DNA of 64,000 nucleotides from Octopus vulgaris (Eukaryota): NCBI GenBank assembly GCA_951406725.2, contig OX597822.1, positions 114,514,001 to 114,578,000 of the forward strand, read 5' to 3'. Shown piece by piece: positions 1 to 15,954 of this stretch (position 1 is its first letter; each line of letters starts with the position of its first letter). The notes under the pieces were generated by a model. It saw only the letters and a program-made list of their open reading frames with translations, ran no database searches and was not told where the DNA came from. The position numbers and the translations under genes were made by a program.

Positions 1-250
1 ATCAATGGCTGAACAAAGAGAATGAATATCAAAGGAATAATATACCAAAATGTTGAAGCAGCAAGGATCTTTTGGTTAGATGTCTGGAGCAAGAAAGTTC
101 AACACAACAACAAAACAGATTAGTTTCAGGAGTTTAAAAGTGAACAGGAAAATAAGTCAAGGCTAGAGAATATAGGTATTACGAAGAGAATTTAAAAAAA
201 AAATGTTTGAAAAAGATATCAAACTAGAAAGCCCCTGGTCCAGCTTATGT
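1..250 (+). mobile_element. Decayed fragment of an R4/Dong-like (RLE) LINE, pre-RT region
   Basis: Hand translation gives FWLDVWSKKVQHN and ISN*KAPGP (a decayed NWKAPGPD motif), with stops and frameshifts. Confidence 0.5.
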
Positions 251-633
251 TCAGACACTAGTTGTAAAATCCTACATAACTGATTCCGAATGCTTTTACA
301 GAAAAGAGATCACGGCTCCTGTTATGTCGGCTGGCCTATACTCGAAAATGTATCGAACTTAGTCTCATTTATTTTTCACAAAATTTCTCTTCTCACTCGT
401 GACTTTACAGAGTAGCCTTTCAAATAGTTCATGTGTTATTCGAACAGGTTTGATGACTGTAATATTTTTTCTTCAGACCCACTTAGGATCTATTCCATAA
501 AGGAAACCAGCTGTATTCTGCATACTCATAAATAAGATAGTGTTTTAGTCATCATCTGAATTAAATTCTCTCAATCTATAACACAAGATATGTTTGCAAA
601 CGTATCACACCTTTATTTAATTTTTCATTACAG

Positions 634-688
634 ATGACGACTGTTCTGGCAATTATGCTTTTATTTTTTGCTGAACCAGCAGCTGCAG
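634..688 (+). CDS. Candidate signal-peptide exon (MTTVLAIMLLFFAEPAAA-G) of an unidentified secreted-protein gene
   Basis: Polypyrimidine tract plus cag immediately before the ATG at 634; 18 codons + 1 nt of hydrophobic sequence ending AAA; CAG|gtttgt phase-1 donor at 689; the other two frames contain stops. Confidence 0.55.
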
Positions 689-2859
689 GTTTGTCATTAT
701 TTCTTATCTATCGTATCAACATTACTGTGGAAATTTAGGACGAGGTTAGGAAAGAAATCTTGTCATTACATGATATGCTTCTTGCGTGTCGGTACAGGGA
801 CGTGCCTTAAATCTCTGCTGTAAATGTGCTCGTGTTCCACCATCATTGTACACGGCACCACCGTTTATTGCACATAAATATCCTCTGTTGCTGTTGACAC
901 TACCTTCATCTCTTATAGGTGCCCGTCATTGTCTCAGCCACTGGTTCTGTGTCAGTTTGCCTGCATATTTGCTTGTCGTATTTGTTGAGGATGTTTGTTC
1001 ACCAGGAACAATGTACAGTGATTTAATGGCTTAGTATTTGTAGCGCCAATGAGTGTGTCTTTGTGAAGTTGAAAGAGAAAATAATTGGTATAAACCCAGT
1101 GGAAGGTATTTTCAAGCACTCTGTTAATATATTCAGGCCAGGTTTGGCCCAACAGACTGTAATTGCATGCAGGTGTAGCATATGAGCAGGAGATGAAGGA
1201 ATAATAAAGTGTAGTAACATCTACATACAGGGTTGGTCTTAAGCCAATTGAACCGATTGACCCCAAACGGGCCCCGCGCTCAAGGAGGCCTCATCCTATA
1301 TTGTGATATTTCATGAAGGTGGTCCCCCTGAAGTTTAAAAAAACTACATAATAATGCTCTTTAAAAAAAACATACTTTAGTAGAACAAGATAGCAAAAGA
1401 TAAACCCATTCATCCAAAATTACTTAGGTCAGCCTCACTTATATTTTTAGTGTAAGGGTCAATTGTATGTGTATGTACGTTGTGTAAGTGAATGTTTGTG
1501 AGTGTTTATGGGCATGTTTGGGTAAAATGTGTATGATAGTGTGTATGTGGTTAAGTGTATGGTGAATTGTATTTATATATGTGTGAGTTGCTATAAATAT
1601 ACTTTGCATACGTTTAATTTTGGGGAAACGTATTTATTTCAATAAAGTGTGTCAATATCCACACAATTTCTCCTCACTCTTATTACATTTTAATCGCTCT
1701 GCATCCTAAATACCTTCATGCATGCACATAAGACTCATTGCACAATATATCTGTTATTGACGAAAATAGACCAATATTTCTCAAAATTTCACCTTAATTC
1801 AACTTACTATCGAGGATGCTTGGAAGCTTAAAATAGTGGAGGGTAGCCGGTAATACATGAACATCAAAAAAAAACTTGCACTCCAAATGACTCAAACTGG
1901 AAAATCAGGGATATAAAGCCTCTGCATTTGAATTTTTCAATGGAGAAAACTTTTGTGCACAGTGTGTAACAGTAATTGAGATGACAGAGCATCAATATTC
2001 ATTCGGGATTTGTGGAAGGCTCGTTATTCGAAGATGTACTTGATCTTCCCTATATTGCGTGGCATTTAATCATCGTGCAAGATGGTTGTCGAGTGTGAAT
2101 AGTTATTACGACGATGCATACAAGGTCGTCAGTTTTTGTGGTGGTTCAGGGTCACTGGCTTTTGTTCGAAGATCTTGGATCTCCCTTGGTTTTACAAAAA
2201 AGGGCTCTAAGTACAAGCACAAATCACATATGCATTCCCATCTCTATACATACACATGCTCCCTGTTTATACAAGTCACTCACAAACTAAATAAACATCA
2301 ATCACACAGTATTTATATTACTTAAATTAAATTAATAATAATATTGATATTGACAATGATGATGAAGATTATTCTCCGTTGCTGCCCTCGATCTTTTGCA
2401 AAAAACCCCAATGGTTAGCTTAAATCCCAAGGTGAGAGATGCTAGCACGGATGTAGAAGTGAAAGTAAGAAACAGTTTAAAAAAGAACTCACGTGACGCT
2501 TATGAATGTCCCTGCTTATACATTGCTCTTGTGTTCTATAATTTTTACAAGTTTTATTCCTTTTCCTTCCTTCCACCCTTTCCCTTTTTTCTCTTCTTTT
2601 TTTAAACTTTTATAATTTTTTTCTGTTCCTTTTTGTGCCTTTGTATTTTACTTATTTCTTTACTTTTTCTGCTGTTTAATTTTGCTACACCTCAAATTCT
2701 TCAGTTTCATTTTTTCCCTCTTCGCTGTTTTAATCCCTCCACCCACTTTTCTATTATCGTACTTTTATAACATGATGGCCTGGCTTGACTTTGCATTGGT
2801 GTTCTGTAGAAGAGGAGGAAAAAATTAATTAAATAGTCTGTATGTCAAATTGAATAGAT

Positions 2860-3360
2860 CCAAAATGGATGAAAGGCAAAGTCGACCTTGTCGGAATTTG
2901 AACTGAGAACGTAAAGACAGATGAAATACCGCTTCTAAAATACAAAATTTTGTGAAAAACATTAAGAGTAAACCCTGTTCTATGTGATACATTGTACCAG
3001 TATCGGAAGTTTCAAAGTGTTTAGTTAAAAGAATTAATTAAATAACCTGTACGTCACATTGAATAGATCCAAAAGGGATAAAAGGTAAAAATCGACCTCA
3101 GCAGAATTTGAACTCAGTGGAAATAACTATTTCTTTATTACCCACAAGGGGCTAAACACAGAGGGGACAATCAAGGACAGACATAGGTATTAAGTCGATT
3201 ACATCGACCCCAGTGCGTAACTGGTACTTAATTTATCGACCCCGAAAGGAAGAAAGGCAAAGTCGACCTCGGCGGAATTTGAACTCACAACGTAACGCAG
3301 ACTAAATACCGCTAAGCATTTCACCCGGCACGCTAACTTTTCTGCCATCTTACCACCTTA
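2860..3360 (-). mobile_element. Cluster of partial and tandem tRNA-derived SINE copies (family B)
   Basis: Reverse complement of the motif gttcaaattccgccgaggtcgactttgcctttcatcctttcggggtcgataaattaagtaccag, which recurs many times in the window. Confidence 0.85.
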
Positions 3361-3936
3361 GAAAGTAAACATTCATTTTAGAAATACATTCTTTATTCTT
3401 ATTACACACTTACTTTCTAACTTACTGACATTAAATTTCGTGGTATTCTACCTGATAACTTTTTTCTACTAATTTTTGTTCAATGCAACTAACGATTCTG
3501 AATTCCACATGCATTTTTCTATCATTTAAGCCTAAGAAAAGTATACACTTATTTTAAAATTTAAAAATTTATGCTAATTGAAGATGAATACCTACCTTAC
3601 TGCCTCCCTTGAGGTTGCAGATATTTTGATGTAACTTTTTTTTCCACTGAACCAAATCTCAAGCTATTTATGCCAAAGTGTAACTGAGGAGGTGTCCACT
3701 TTAAAACTGTTAACAGTTTGCAAATTAGTTGAGAACTGAATTAGTGGTGAAGCTTGGAAGTTGCTGTGACTGACGTAATAGTGGTTGAATGATAATATTT
3801 TGTACTTCATACCCCAAAAATGTTATTCAATATATTTGATATAATTAATCTACCTAATTTATTTATCTGCATAATTGCCTTTACATATATACATGTAATA
3901 TATACATACATACATATACACATACATACATATATA

Positions 3937-6421
<2,485 letters not shown>

Positions 6422-7221
6422 ATGCGTCAATGTTTGTTTATTCAGTTATAATTAAAAATAATTACATTAATATGAGGGATTACTCCATTCTTTTGTAGAG
6501 TACAAAAGTATGGAGTACAGAGTAAGCTCGACCAGATAACGTCAGTGACAAGTAATGAAACTTGCTGACCAACTGAATCATACCACTTACATTCTTATGT
6601 GAAGCCTTAAAAATTTCTTGTGAAAAAGCTGACACACCCAATTACAAATTATTAAATGTGGACTAAACTTTGAATTCTGACCTCTACATTCTCAAAGTAA
6701 AGTATTAAACCCAATGAAGCCAACAATAATGAAAGCTAGTTATACATCTGCTGACAAAAAAAAAATATATATCCATCATATCGTACCCTACAACCTAATT
6801 ACTGTTCAAGAGAACTCTGCCTGCCCAAGACAATTTTTTATCCCAACAAAGACAATATAAAGCCAAGCAATGACTGAAATGCATCAGTCTGATGGTGGAT
6901 TACTTGGCCGAAACTTCAATGCCATTCTTAATAGTAATTCAGATATTTGTTCTTTCGTAATGTCTTCCATTTCCTTTTTTTTAGTAGGTTGCTCTGGCTG
7001 CCCTGTAATTGGTCTCTGCATCTGCAACAAGGCAACTTGGTTTTCCCGTCTATTTGATACGTGTATATTAAAAGACTGTAGATGGTTCAATAATCGATGG
7101 AGTATCGTTGGTACAATCATAGGTAATATTCCTATCATAACACAATCACACATTTTGGAAGGAGGGTAAAGTTGTAGCTTAATCCATCCCCAGTATTCGA
7201 CTGGTTATGTCACAAAACAAG

Positions 7222-7426
7222 TTGACCCTTTCGTTACTATGTTTTTTTGAGATGCTGTGTTTCTTTCAATTACTTTAAATATAACAAAGAATTTTGTAAA
7301 ATAATTTAGCAATTAGGAACATAAATTGTGACTAAGGTTTGGTGGAAAATTTTTATTCAAAACTTATGAAAATAAGGCATTTGTACCCAGAGCCGGTTTC
7401 AGCCGGGTTCGTAACGAAAGGGTTAA
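7222..7426 (-). mobile_element. piggyBac-type MITE, same family as the 40311-41272 array
   Basis: Termini ttgaCCCTTTCGTTAC...GTAACGAAAGGGttaa; internal sequence is the reverse complement of the array unit. Confidence 0.75.
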
Positions 7427-8048
7427 ATATGTAACTCTTTGACAATGTTAGAGTTCATTATTTCAAAATATTTATTATTTCGTTGTTTTTGTTGTTATTA
7501 CTTAATTCTTTTTCAAACGAGGGCGAGCCGATCTGTAAAGCGACTTCCCGTGTACTGCTAGAAATGTACCGTAAATATTCGATTATATTAAAATCCAGTG
7601 TGTGTGGGGACCAATGCAACACGGCTACGTTACTTTTGTGCTCTCCATACTGATTTTGACTAACATTAGCTGTATTAGTCAATGCATTCTCCAAGGGAAA
7701 GTTAGTATAAGGACGTAATCAGCCAGAATATTCAGATAATCCTTCGCAGGTTTATAGAGTTCATGACGAACAGCTTTGGTTGGCACAAGGTATGGCAAGG
7801 TGGTGGTTTAGCACAATGTATGGCAAGGTGGTGGAAGGAGTGGCTATGTGGTAAGAAGCTTGCTTCCCTGCGCATGCGTTGGTCAGTGTTTTCTTTGCAC
7901 TGCTAGGAGTCATGTAGCTGCACACTAACATCGTGAATTATTGAACAAGTGAAGCACAACTACAAGGTAAGGCATTTGTTTTTTGGGGATTCAGTAGGGA
8001 TTTGTTGCTCGTTTTTGTTTTTTTGAACTCCCCCACCCCCCAAAAAAT

Positions 8049-8748
8049 ATGGCAAAAAGACAAACAACACTGAGTTGGAGTGGGAGATTGTCCTACCCAA
8101 ACAGTGGATGAAAGACTGTGAAGAGAAGACGGTAGTGTTAAGGACTTATTCAAAGTCGCTTGATACCATCGCCCTCTTACAAAAGACTCAAATTGAAAAA
8201 GAGTTGGCAGAGTATTTGCCAACTATTAAATTCACCTCCTGTGGGGTCAAATATGCAACGGTGTGGTTGCTATTTGACACCCCTGAGGAGGTTTGCAAAT
8301 TTGCAAGCCAGCCGTTGGAAAGCAAAGGGATTTTGTTTCTTCCCACGTAAGGTGGGAAGAAGTTGACAAGAGCTTGGGTCTGCAGGTTGCCACCCAGGAA
8401 ATAACCCGAGTGGATAGAGGACACTCTCTGCCGGGGTCTGGATGGCAGTGGATCCAAGTAACTTTTTGCTGGTGGCTGATTGGGTAGGGTCAAAAGCCAA
8501 GAATCTGGCTTTTCCAAATTTTTGGAAACTGGCCGGTTGCAGGTACCCAGAGATTCTTGAGGGACACCCCCCACCAAAAGTGTCACCTGTGCCTGGAACC
8601 GGGCCACATCAAAAAGAACTGTCCCCAGGATCAGAGTAGGATCCTGGAACAGTTGGTTGTAGAAGAGACCCCCTCCTCCTCTTGGGGGAGAGAGGTAGTC
8701 GAGGAGGTAGAGACCTCTCCGGAAACAAAGGGGGGAAAAGGAAGGTAG
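8049..8748 (+). mobile_element. Decayed gag-like ORF1 with CCHC zinc knuckle (probably L1/Tx1 LINE)
   Basis: Frameshifted ORFs 8075-8350 and 8557-8748; CHLCLEPGHIKKNC matches CX2CX4HX4C. Confidence 0.6.
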
Positions 8749-8889
8749 GCAAATTTTAATTTTTAAAGTAGTCAATGTGGACTTCTGAAACTCTGTTAAC
8801 TCTATTAAGTATGTTTGCAAACATATACACAAAAGTTTAGATGTTGCAACATACATTCTTATGTAAAATGGCAGTCCACAGATAAATAA

Positions 8890-10300
8890 AACTGACGAAG
8901 TTGCAAAGTATAGCAAAGGAAGATACATGAGTACCAATGAGACTTTTTGGCACTTCTTCAATTTTCTCATTTGTGAGAGGCACCCAGCCATCATTCATTT
9001 GAGTGTCCATCGAGAGAATGACCACAGGGTTATCTTCACAAAACAAACAGCCTTGCAACAAACACTTTCTCCAAAAGAAACTACCCTTACTGCCTTTTTT
9101 AAGTTGTGTCAAGTAGATGAAGATGCAAGAAAACTTCTTTACCCACAAATACTCAAGTATTACACTTGGAGAAACAATAAATGGTATGAGAGGAAACATG
9201 GGGCTGATGCTCTTGCACAAGTTTACAGTGTCCACCCAAGCCAAGTAGAATGCATGAATTATGTGGTCCCAAATCATTTGCAGATTTGAGGAGAGTAAAT
9301 GGTTGCATGTGTGAAACTTATAGGGAAGCATGCTATCAACAAGGTTTTTTAAAAAATGGTGAGCATTGGGACCTTGCATTGACTGAAGTACCTGTATCAG
9401 ATTCTCCAAGGAAACTCCGCAACCTGTTTTGCAATTATACTGAACATGTGTCAACTTGGCATTCTCCTACAGCTTTGGATGAAACATCGTGAGGACATGT
9501 CTGAGGACTTAAAGTATGCAGTTCAACAGGAAAACCCAGATATCAATATTCAGTTCTCCGAAACAATTTTTAATGAAGCATTGATTGAAATTGAGGATCA
9601 AGTTGTGGCCATGGGTGACAAAACTTTGCAAGTGTCTGCCAAAAACAAACTATCAAATTAGTGATTTAACTTTAAGAAACATAGCAAGAGAGCCAAATTA
9701 TGACATCACAGAGTTTGACTGCATTTATTAATGAACATGAACCTAAATTTCTTCCAGAATAATGTTGAGCATATGTTAAAATTATTTCGTCAGTCACAGA
9801 AAAAAGTGGAGGAATTTTCTTTCTTCATGCTCCTGGTGGTACAGGTAAAATATTTGTAACGACATTGCTTTTCTTCAAGACAAGGCAGCACAAAAGAATT
9901 GCAGTTGCTGTAACATCGTCTGACATTGCTGCCACCATTCTCCCAGGAGGACAAACAGCTAATTTGGCTAAACCTGGTCACAAATGACAGTCCAATTTGT
10001 AACATAGGCAAAGGTTCAAGTTCAGCAGAAGTGTTGCACGAATGCCACCTGATAATTTGGGATGAATGCACCATGTCACATAGAGGTGCAATGGAAGCTC
10101 TTTATAAGACCTTACAGGACATAAGAGGCAACAATAGATCTATAGGGGGAGTTACATTAGTTTTATCAGAAGACTTCAGGCAGACATTATCAATCATTCC
10201 GAGACGAACAAGGTCTGATGAAATAAAAACATGCATTAAGTTTTCACACCTTTGAAATAAAGTACAGAAATTCTCCTTCAATACTAACGTGTGAGCTTTA
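8890..10300 (+). mobile_element. Decayed Helitron RepHel fragment (PIF1-like helicase)
   Basis: RYMSTNETFW..ERHPAIIHLSVH, TTLTAFFKLC, ETYREACYQQG, Walker A APGGTGK, IIWDECTM, GGVTLVLSEDFRQ; multiple stops and frameshifts. Confidence 0.9.
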
Positions 10301-10527
10301 TTATTAGCTTTGACAAATTTGAACTCTGCCTACTGCTTATCTCATCAGTAATTTGCTACATATGTGCAATCAATTCTATTTTATCTTTAACATATTTCGA
10401 TTGTACTTCTCAGTAATTAAGACTCCTTTGGCACTCGACATTTCATTTTTAAACGCGAAGAGAGGAAGTTCTCCTGTAGCTTGTTGATCAGAAGCGACAA
10501 ATAGGTTGTATGTTATAACTGAACATA

Positions 10528-10689
10528 GGCGCAGGAGTGGCTGTGTGGTAAGTAGCTTGTTTACCAACCACATGGTTCCGGGTTCAGTCCCACTGCGTGG
10601 CACCTTGGGCAAGCATCTTCTACTATAGCCTCGGGCCGACCAAAGCCTTGTGAGTGGATTTGGTAGACGGAAACTGAAAGAAGCCTGTC

Positions 10690-10740
<51 letters not shown>

Positions 10741-10969
10741 TGTGTCTGTTTGGTTGTCTGTGTTTGTCCCCCTAGCACTGCTTGACAACCGATGCTGGTG
10801 TGTTTATGTCCCCGTTACTTAGCGGTTCGGCAAAAGAGACCGATAGAATAAGTACTGGGCTTACAAAAGAATAAGTCCCGGGGTCGAGTTGCTCGATTAA
10901 AGGCGGTGCTCCAGCATGGCCGCAGTCAAATGACTGAAACAAATAAAAGAGTAAAAGAGTAAAAGAGTA
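10528..10969 (+). mobile_element. tRNA-headed SINE family A with internal (TA)n
   Basis: Pol III-like head ggcgcaggagtggctgtgtggtaag...ggttcagtccc, accttgggcaag core-like segment, (gtaaaaga)n tail; several near-identical copies in the window. Confidence 0.9.
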
Positions 10970-11347
10970 TAGCCTGACACAGTAGATGTAAGAAGGCACA
11001 CATACACAAACACACGCGTCTATTCTTCGATGTATGTATAAATTATGTACGTAATTCTCTCAAGAGGGTACAATACTGTGAGCTATTTTCGGGTGAGTGA
11101 ATAGAAAAATAGACAGCTTAATCTTGGATGTGTAAAAGCGAATTGGAAAATATCTATTATTTATCGGTGCTACACACTTTGTACGAGAGTAAAGGGCCTT
11201 TTTGTAAATGGAAGAAACTAAATTTCTATTAACCCGTTTACGAGCAAATCAACAAAATAAGATACCTGTTAAGTACTGGGATCGAATAACTGAATCCGGC
11301 AACCTTTCGTTACAAGAACACACGACTGCTAGTTACAAACCACTTTT

Positions 11348-11438
11348 GTGAAGATGGTCGTCGATTTCCGGAAAAAAATTAAAAAAATTTACGTATGGGG
11401 TTGGGAGAAATGGGATTTTTTGAAGTTGGTGTGAAAGC

Positions 11439-11490
<52 letters not shown>

Positions 11491-12963
11491 GTGCGCGGTT
11501 GTATGAGGGAAGTTCTTTTGAAGTTGGCATGAATCGGAAGAATTGATGTGCGTGTGTGTGTGAGAGAGAGTGTTTGTATGTTTGTGTGCTTGTGAGTCGG
11601 TGTTTGTGCGTACAGGCGTGTGTGTGCAAAACGAAAATAAAATGAAAGATTTTAAGTTCCAAACGTCTCTGCATCTAAGGGCTTCCTGATTCATACTAAC
11701 AAGAATAGAATTACGGGCCTGTATTTATATAATACTGTTACGCCGTCGCTCAACTTGACTACGTCAGTCAAACGGAAATCCACCACAGAAAGCGGAATGA
11801 GCAGCGAACGCAAGCCAGTAACCGACACAACAACAAAGGAGAGAGACAGCGGGACAATTTAACATTTTTTATATAATTCACAACATCAATTGAAACATTT
11901 CAAATACATTTAAAACGTAATACAACTGTTCGATTACCCCAAATCAATTAACAGATCGTACACAGAGTTAAAAACAAAACAATCAATGTCATTTAGCAAA
12001 ACACAACGTCCGACTTTTCTAAACAAATCAATTGGTTGACATGCAACACAATACAGAATCTCAACAAATAGTCTTTCTCCTTTCTTTTCTCTTCTTTCTT
12101 TTCCTACACAGAGAGTTCGTTCTCAAAGATCCCTTTTTATTCCTTTTCATCAGTCTTTCTGATTTTTTAAAAACATTTACAAGTTCTTTTTTTTTTCCTT
12201 TTCTTTTCTTTTTTTTTTCATTTGAACAACACAACGTTTCTTTTTTTTTTACAATTTATATCACAGAGTCTCTTTTTCAAACATCATAATTCAAATCACA
12301 AATAAAAACACAAAACAATCAAAAATATTACCGGGACGTTCCGAGTCTGCAACAATTTTAGCTCCTACTACACATATTCATTTCGCTAACTGACCGTCTT
12401 TTGTGCCTGTCTGTCTCTCGCCGTCATCTTCTCTTGGCTGGCTGTCCGCATCGACTCGCCGCCTCTCCCAACTACTGCGATATATATAGGGTAACATTTT
12501 TTATTTTTTTATAAACTTTCACTGACCGTGGAGTTCAGAGATCAGTCCCTAAAACTCATTAATTTTTACCGTTGCCGTTGACAAGACAAAGAACATTTTT
12601 TCCCCGCCGGTTCAAGTCCAGCCAACGGAACTAGGGCATAACATTTTCCCGATTATTTTACCTTCGTAACAATACATTTCAAAACAAATATAAATGAAAA
12701 AAAAATTGATAAAAACGTATCTATGAATCTGATCATTAAATCACCAACAAACATAAAAAAAATAAACCGAGAGAAAAAAAGGTTAGCAGCAGGAACAAAA
12801 TTGTAGCACTCACACAGACACAGACGGAAGGCCAACTTCAAAAGAACTTCCCCGATCCAATCTCCGTCTCGCTTTTACGCCGACTTCAAAAGATACCCTT
12901 CCCTGTCACCCCACGTATGTAAAAAAATTTTTATAAATCTACGGAAAGCGACGATCTTCTTCA
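11348..12963. repeat. Diverged inverted repeat pair (11348-11530 and 12830-12963), possible old non-autonomous DNA element
   Basis: tgaag..tcgtcg.tttccg...tttgaagt.gg.gt.aaagcga...gaagttcttttgaagttggc occurs on opposite strands. Confidence 0.5.
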
Positions 12964-13694
12964 AATGTTAACAAAAGCACGTGCTCCAGTTTGACAGTAA
13001 CAGTACTCATCGTAATTTTGCCCTGAATCCTTTTCCCCAATCTTCAAAATAAATTGTATCATTTTACACATATTAACAATTTCATATTTTATATAATTTA
13101 TACTTTTCTTTTCTTCTATTTTAGACTGTAAGCAAGTCCCTGAAATATTTAAATACGAGCCAAAATATCTTTTCGGCGGAGCAGTTCTTTGTAAACAGTA
13201 ATAATTATACTGTGACTGTACAACTGTTACCGTACGTGAATAAAAACAAGAATTTACTAAAAAAAAAAACTGCAATATTATAATACAACAGTTCTTGCAA
13301 TCCTTTATTATGTTCAACAAGATTCAATGCTAGGAGTAAAGATAGAAAAAGTTTTTAGTTGACTGTATCGACTGTAGGGTACTTATATATGAATAAATAC
13401 ATATACATTGATACTTAGAATATAGACGAGTATTTTGTCTCGTCTAGAAAATCGCAGATAATCAGTATCGAGAAAAACTTTTATCCTTCACAGTAAATTA
13501 TATGTCAAAGTTTATTACATGAAAGTATTTCTGACTTGATCGTGCTATGTCCGGTGTCTTTAAACATTGATATCGCAAAAACGAAATTGTTCTCAGGCAA
13601 CACGTTCTTTTATAGTAATAGTAATTCCCGCTGGATTTTATGCCAGTTTCAGCGTAAGTTTCTTTTCCTTACCCCTCGCTAGAAGATAAGATCA

Positions 13695-13987
13695 GATTCT
13701 TTTCCTTTTGAATGGCACTTTGTAACATAATTTCTAGGTAACTAAAAAGTTTTAAACTTCGTATACTGGTAGAATGTTAGGGTTAGGGTTAGGGGTGGGG
13801 GAAGGGTATTTTCTTTCTTGACAAATGTAAATAAATCCAATCTGTTTCTTAAACGAGGGACATATTCATTATGCACAGAATGTTATTTACCTAAATGGAC
13901 GTCAGCGATTGGTTAAAATTGCCGAAATGCTCGAAATTAAACATATAGAAATTGTGTTGAAAAGTGCCGTTCAAAAGGAAAAGATCC
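13695..13987. mobile_element. GGATC-terminated MITE (Merlin-like) with internal (TTAGGG)n
   Basis: TIRs gattcttttccttttgaatggcac / gtgccgttcaaaaggaaaagatcc; telomere-like ttaggg x3 at 13777. Confidence 0.65.
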
Positions 13988-14989
13988 AGTATAACTCGTA
14001 AATGGAAAAGCATGCAAGGTAAAAAGAAAAGGTAATCCTCGGCCTGTATGTGTGTACACGTTCTCGTAGTAGAAACCCACAGATAAAGACAGAATGATGT
14101 TGTAAGAGAAAAGAAATCGAGCTAGTATAAGTTATTTAGGGATGTTGCGTCTCGTAAGCTTCCTTCTCCCTAATGGTCACTGCCATTGCGTTTTCTCCAA
14201 CTCGCTTCTCCAACAACAGAATTCGTTGCAGTTCTGTGATATCTATTCTATCTATTGGTGAAATAGAAGAGGTTGGAAGGATCAAGTGGCGAAGCAAAAT
14301 ATTTTGCTTAGCGAAGGCATTTGGCAAAATTAATTTACGTCACAGAAAAAACCCATTGTTTTACCGTGAGAAAAGTGCTGTTGAACTGTTAATTAAAATA
14401 ATTTGTCTATCTTTATTTTTAAAAAATGCACTTTTGAAGGTGAGGCGCGAAACTGCATCACAGCCGCCTTCCTTTGCACATATTTTAAGATGACATTTTG
14501 CAGAAACGTTTTATAGAGTGTGAATTACATTCGATTGAAAGATCAAAGAACTTTGAAAACAATAATAAACGAAGTGGTAACAATGTCTCTGGACAAAACA
14601 AAAAAAAACATGTTAGTGTTTGTGTGAAACAAGTCAAAGTGTATTAAAACAATATCTTTTACATACCTACTAAAATGACTGGATATAATATAGATGCCAG
14701 GACATAAAAGACCTAAGCTGCAAAACAGTTTTGTCCTTTGGCAATGTTTCTTGCCGAGATCTTAAGCGAATAACAAATACTCTTCGATGTCTTATGGAGA
14801 GAGAGAGAGAGTGAGTGAGCAAAGGGGTGTTTTGTCATTTAGGTATTTTTCTTTTTTTTCTTTTGGCCTGTACAACATAAATTTTGAAATGCAGATTTTT
14901 TTGCAGATTCGGAATCTCCGCCCTCGATATAGTGTGTCCATGTAAAAATAAGACCAAAAAAATATCCGAAAGGGGGTACGTTCCATGAT

Positions 14990-15571
14990 CTCTTTTCCTC
15001 TGCCGATTTGTACATACCCCGGGGACCGATCTATGAAATCTTGGGAATGATTTACCGTATGGGGGTGGATGTAACCGAGTATGTGGAGATTACAATAGCT
15101 TGCCAAAGTGTCAGTCATAACAGTAGTTCCTAGAGAAACGTTTTGTCTGATAACATTCTCCACCGTCTCTGTACTCCTATCAGGCACACGTTGAAGAAAT
15201 CTTTTTCTCGTTGTGGTGTCATAATATCCGACAACCCAAGTTTTGCGACACATTCTTCCTACATTGTTCTTGGTATTGAAGAACAAGCTTTCATCGATCT
15301 CCACTGTATGATCCGGACCACCAATGGGAGTTTTGTCTTGCAGCAGTTTTACCGAACAAACATCTCTACAGAACTGCTACCGTTGAACGGCAGTTTTTAT
15401 ATCAATGCAATTCATACTTGCAGATATTTTCACAAGCAATTCGAAAATAAAATAAAACACTAAATGAAAAATTACACATAATGGCAGCTTAGAGTTTTCT
15501 GTAATTGTACCTTTCCTGATGGAAAGATTTTTTTTTACATTTAGCGCACTTTCTATTGACAAACCCGTCAA
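14990..15571 (-). mobile_element. Decayed Merlin (IS1016/ISXO2-like DDE) transposase
   Basis: SIRKGT..SKLPL, IGGPDHTVEIDESLF, WVVG..VPDRS, GTTVMTD..ASY..L..LGY.H.TVNHSQDFID. Confidence 0.85.
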
Positions 15572-15954
15572 TAGAATGACTAAAATTTTGAAAATTCATC
15601 GAATATGTGCAAGCACAGGTGTTTTCGTTGGCAATGTTTTGTCTTCAGATAATCTATAATGTTCTCCGGTGCAAGGTACAGTAAAAGTTCCAATATGGGT
15701 GTACACAATGTAAAATAAATTCAGAAAAATAGCAACAGCTGCTTCTTTTTATTGCGAAGATGTTGCTGATAGGATGCTTGCGGTAGCTTCTTGATTTCAA
15801 TTAGTGTTTATGGAAATAATGTATGAACTTCTGCGATGTTAATCCTTCGAATTTACTTTTAATTGTGATAATGAAACAATGGCTTCAGTCCTTACCGCCA
15901 AAATTAATTTATCTTGCACAAAACACGTACATATACCTACTGCATGTATTTTTT

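Noticed and set aside
12653-13320. Viral or ATPase remnant (GVTGKG resembles Walker A)
   Set aside because: The motif lies in a non-coding inverted-repeat arm with stops and no supporting motifs
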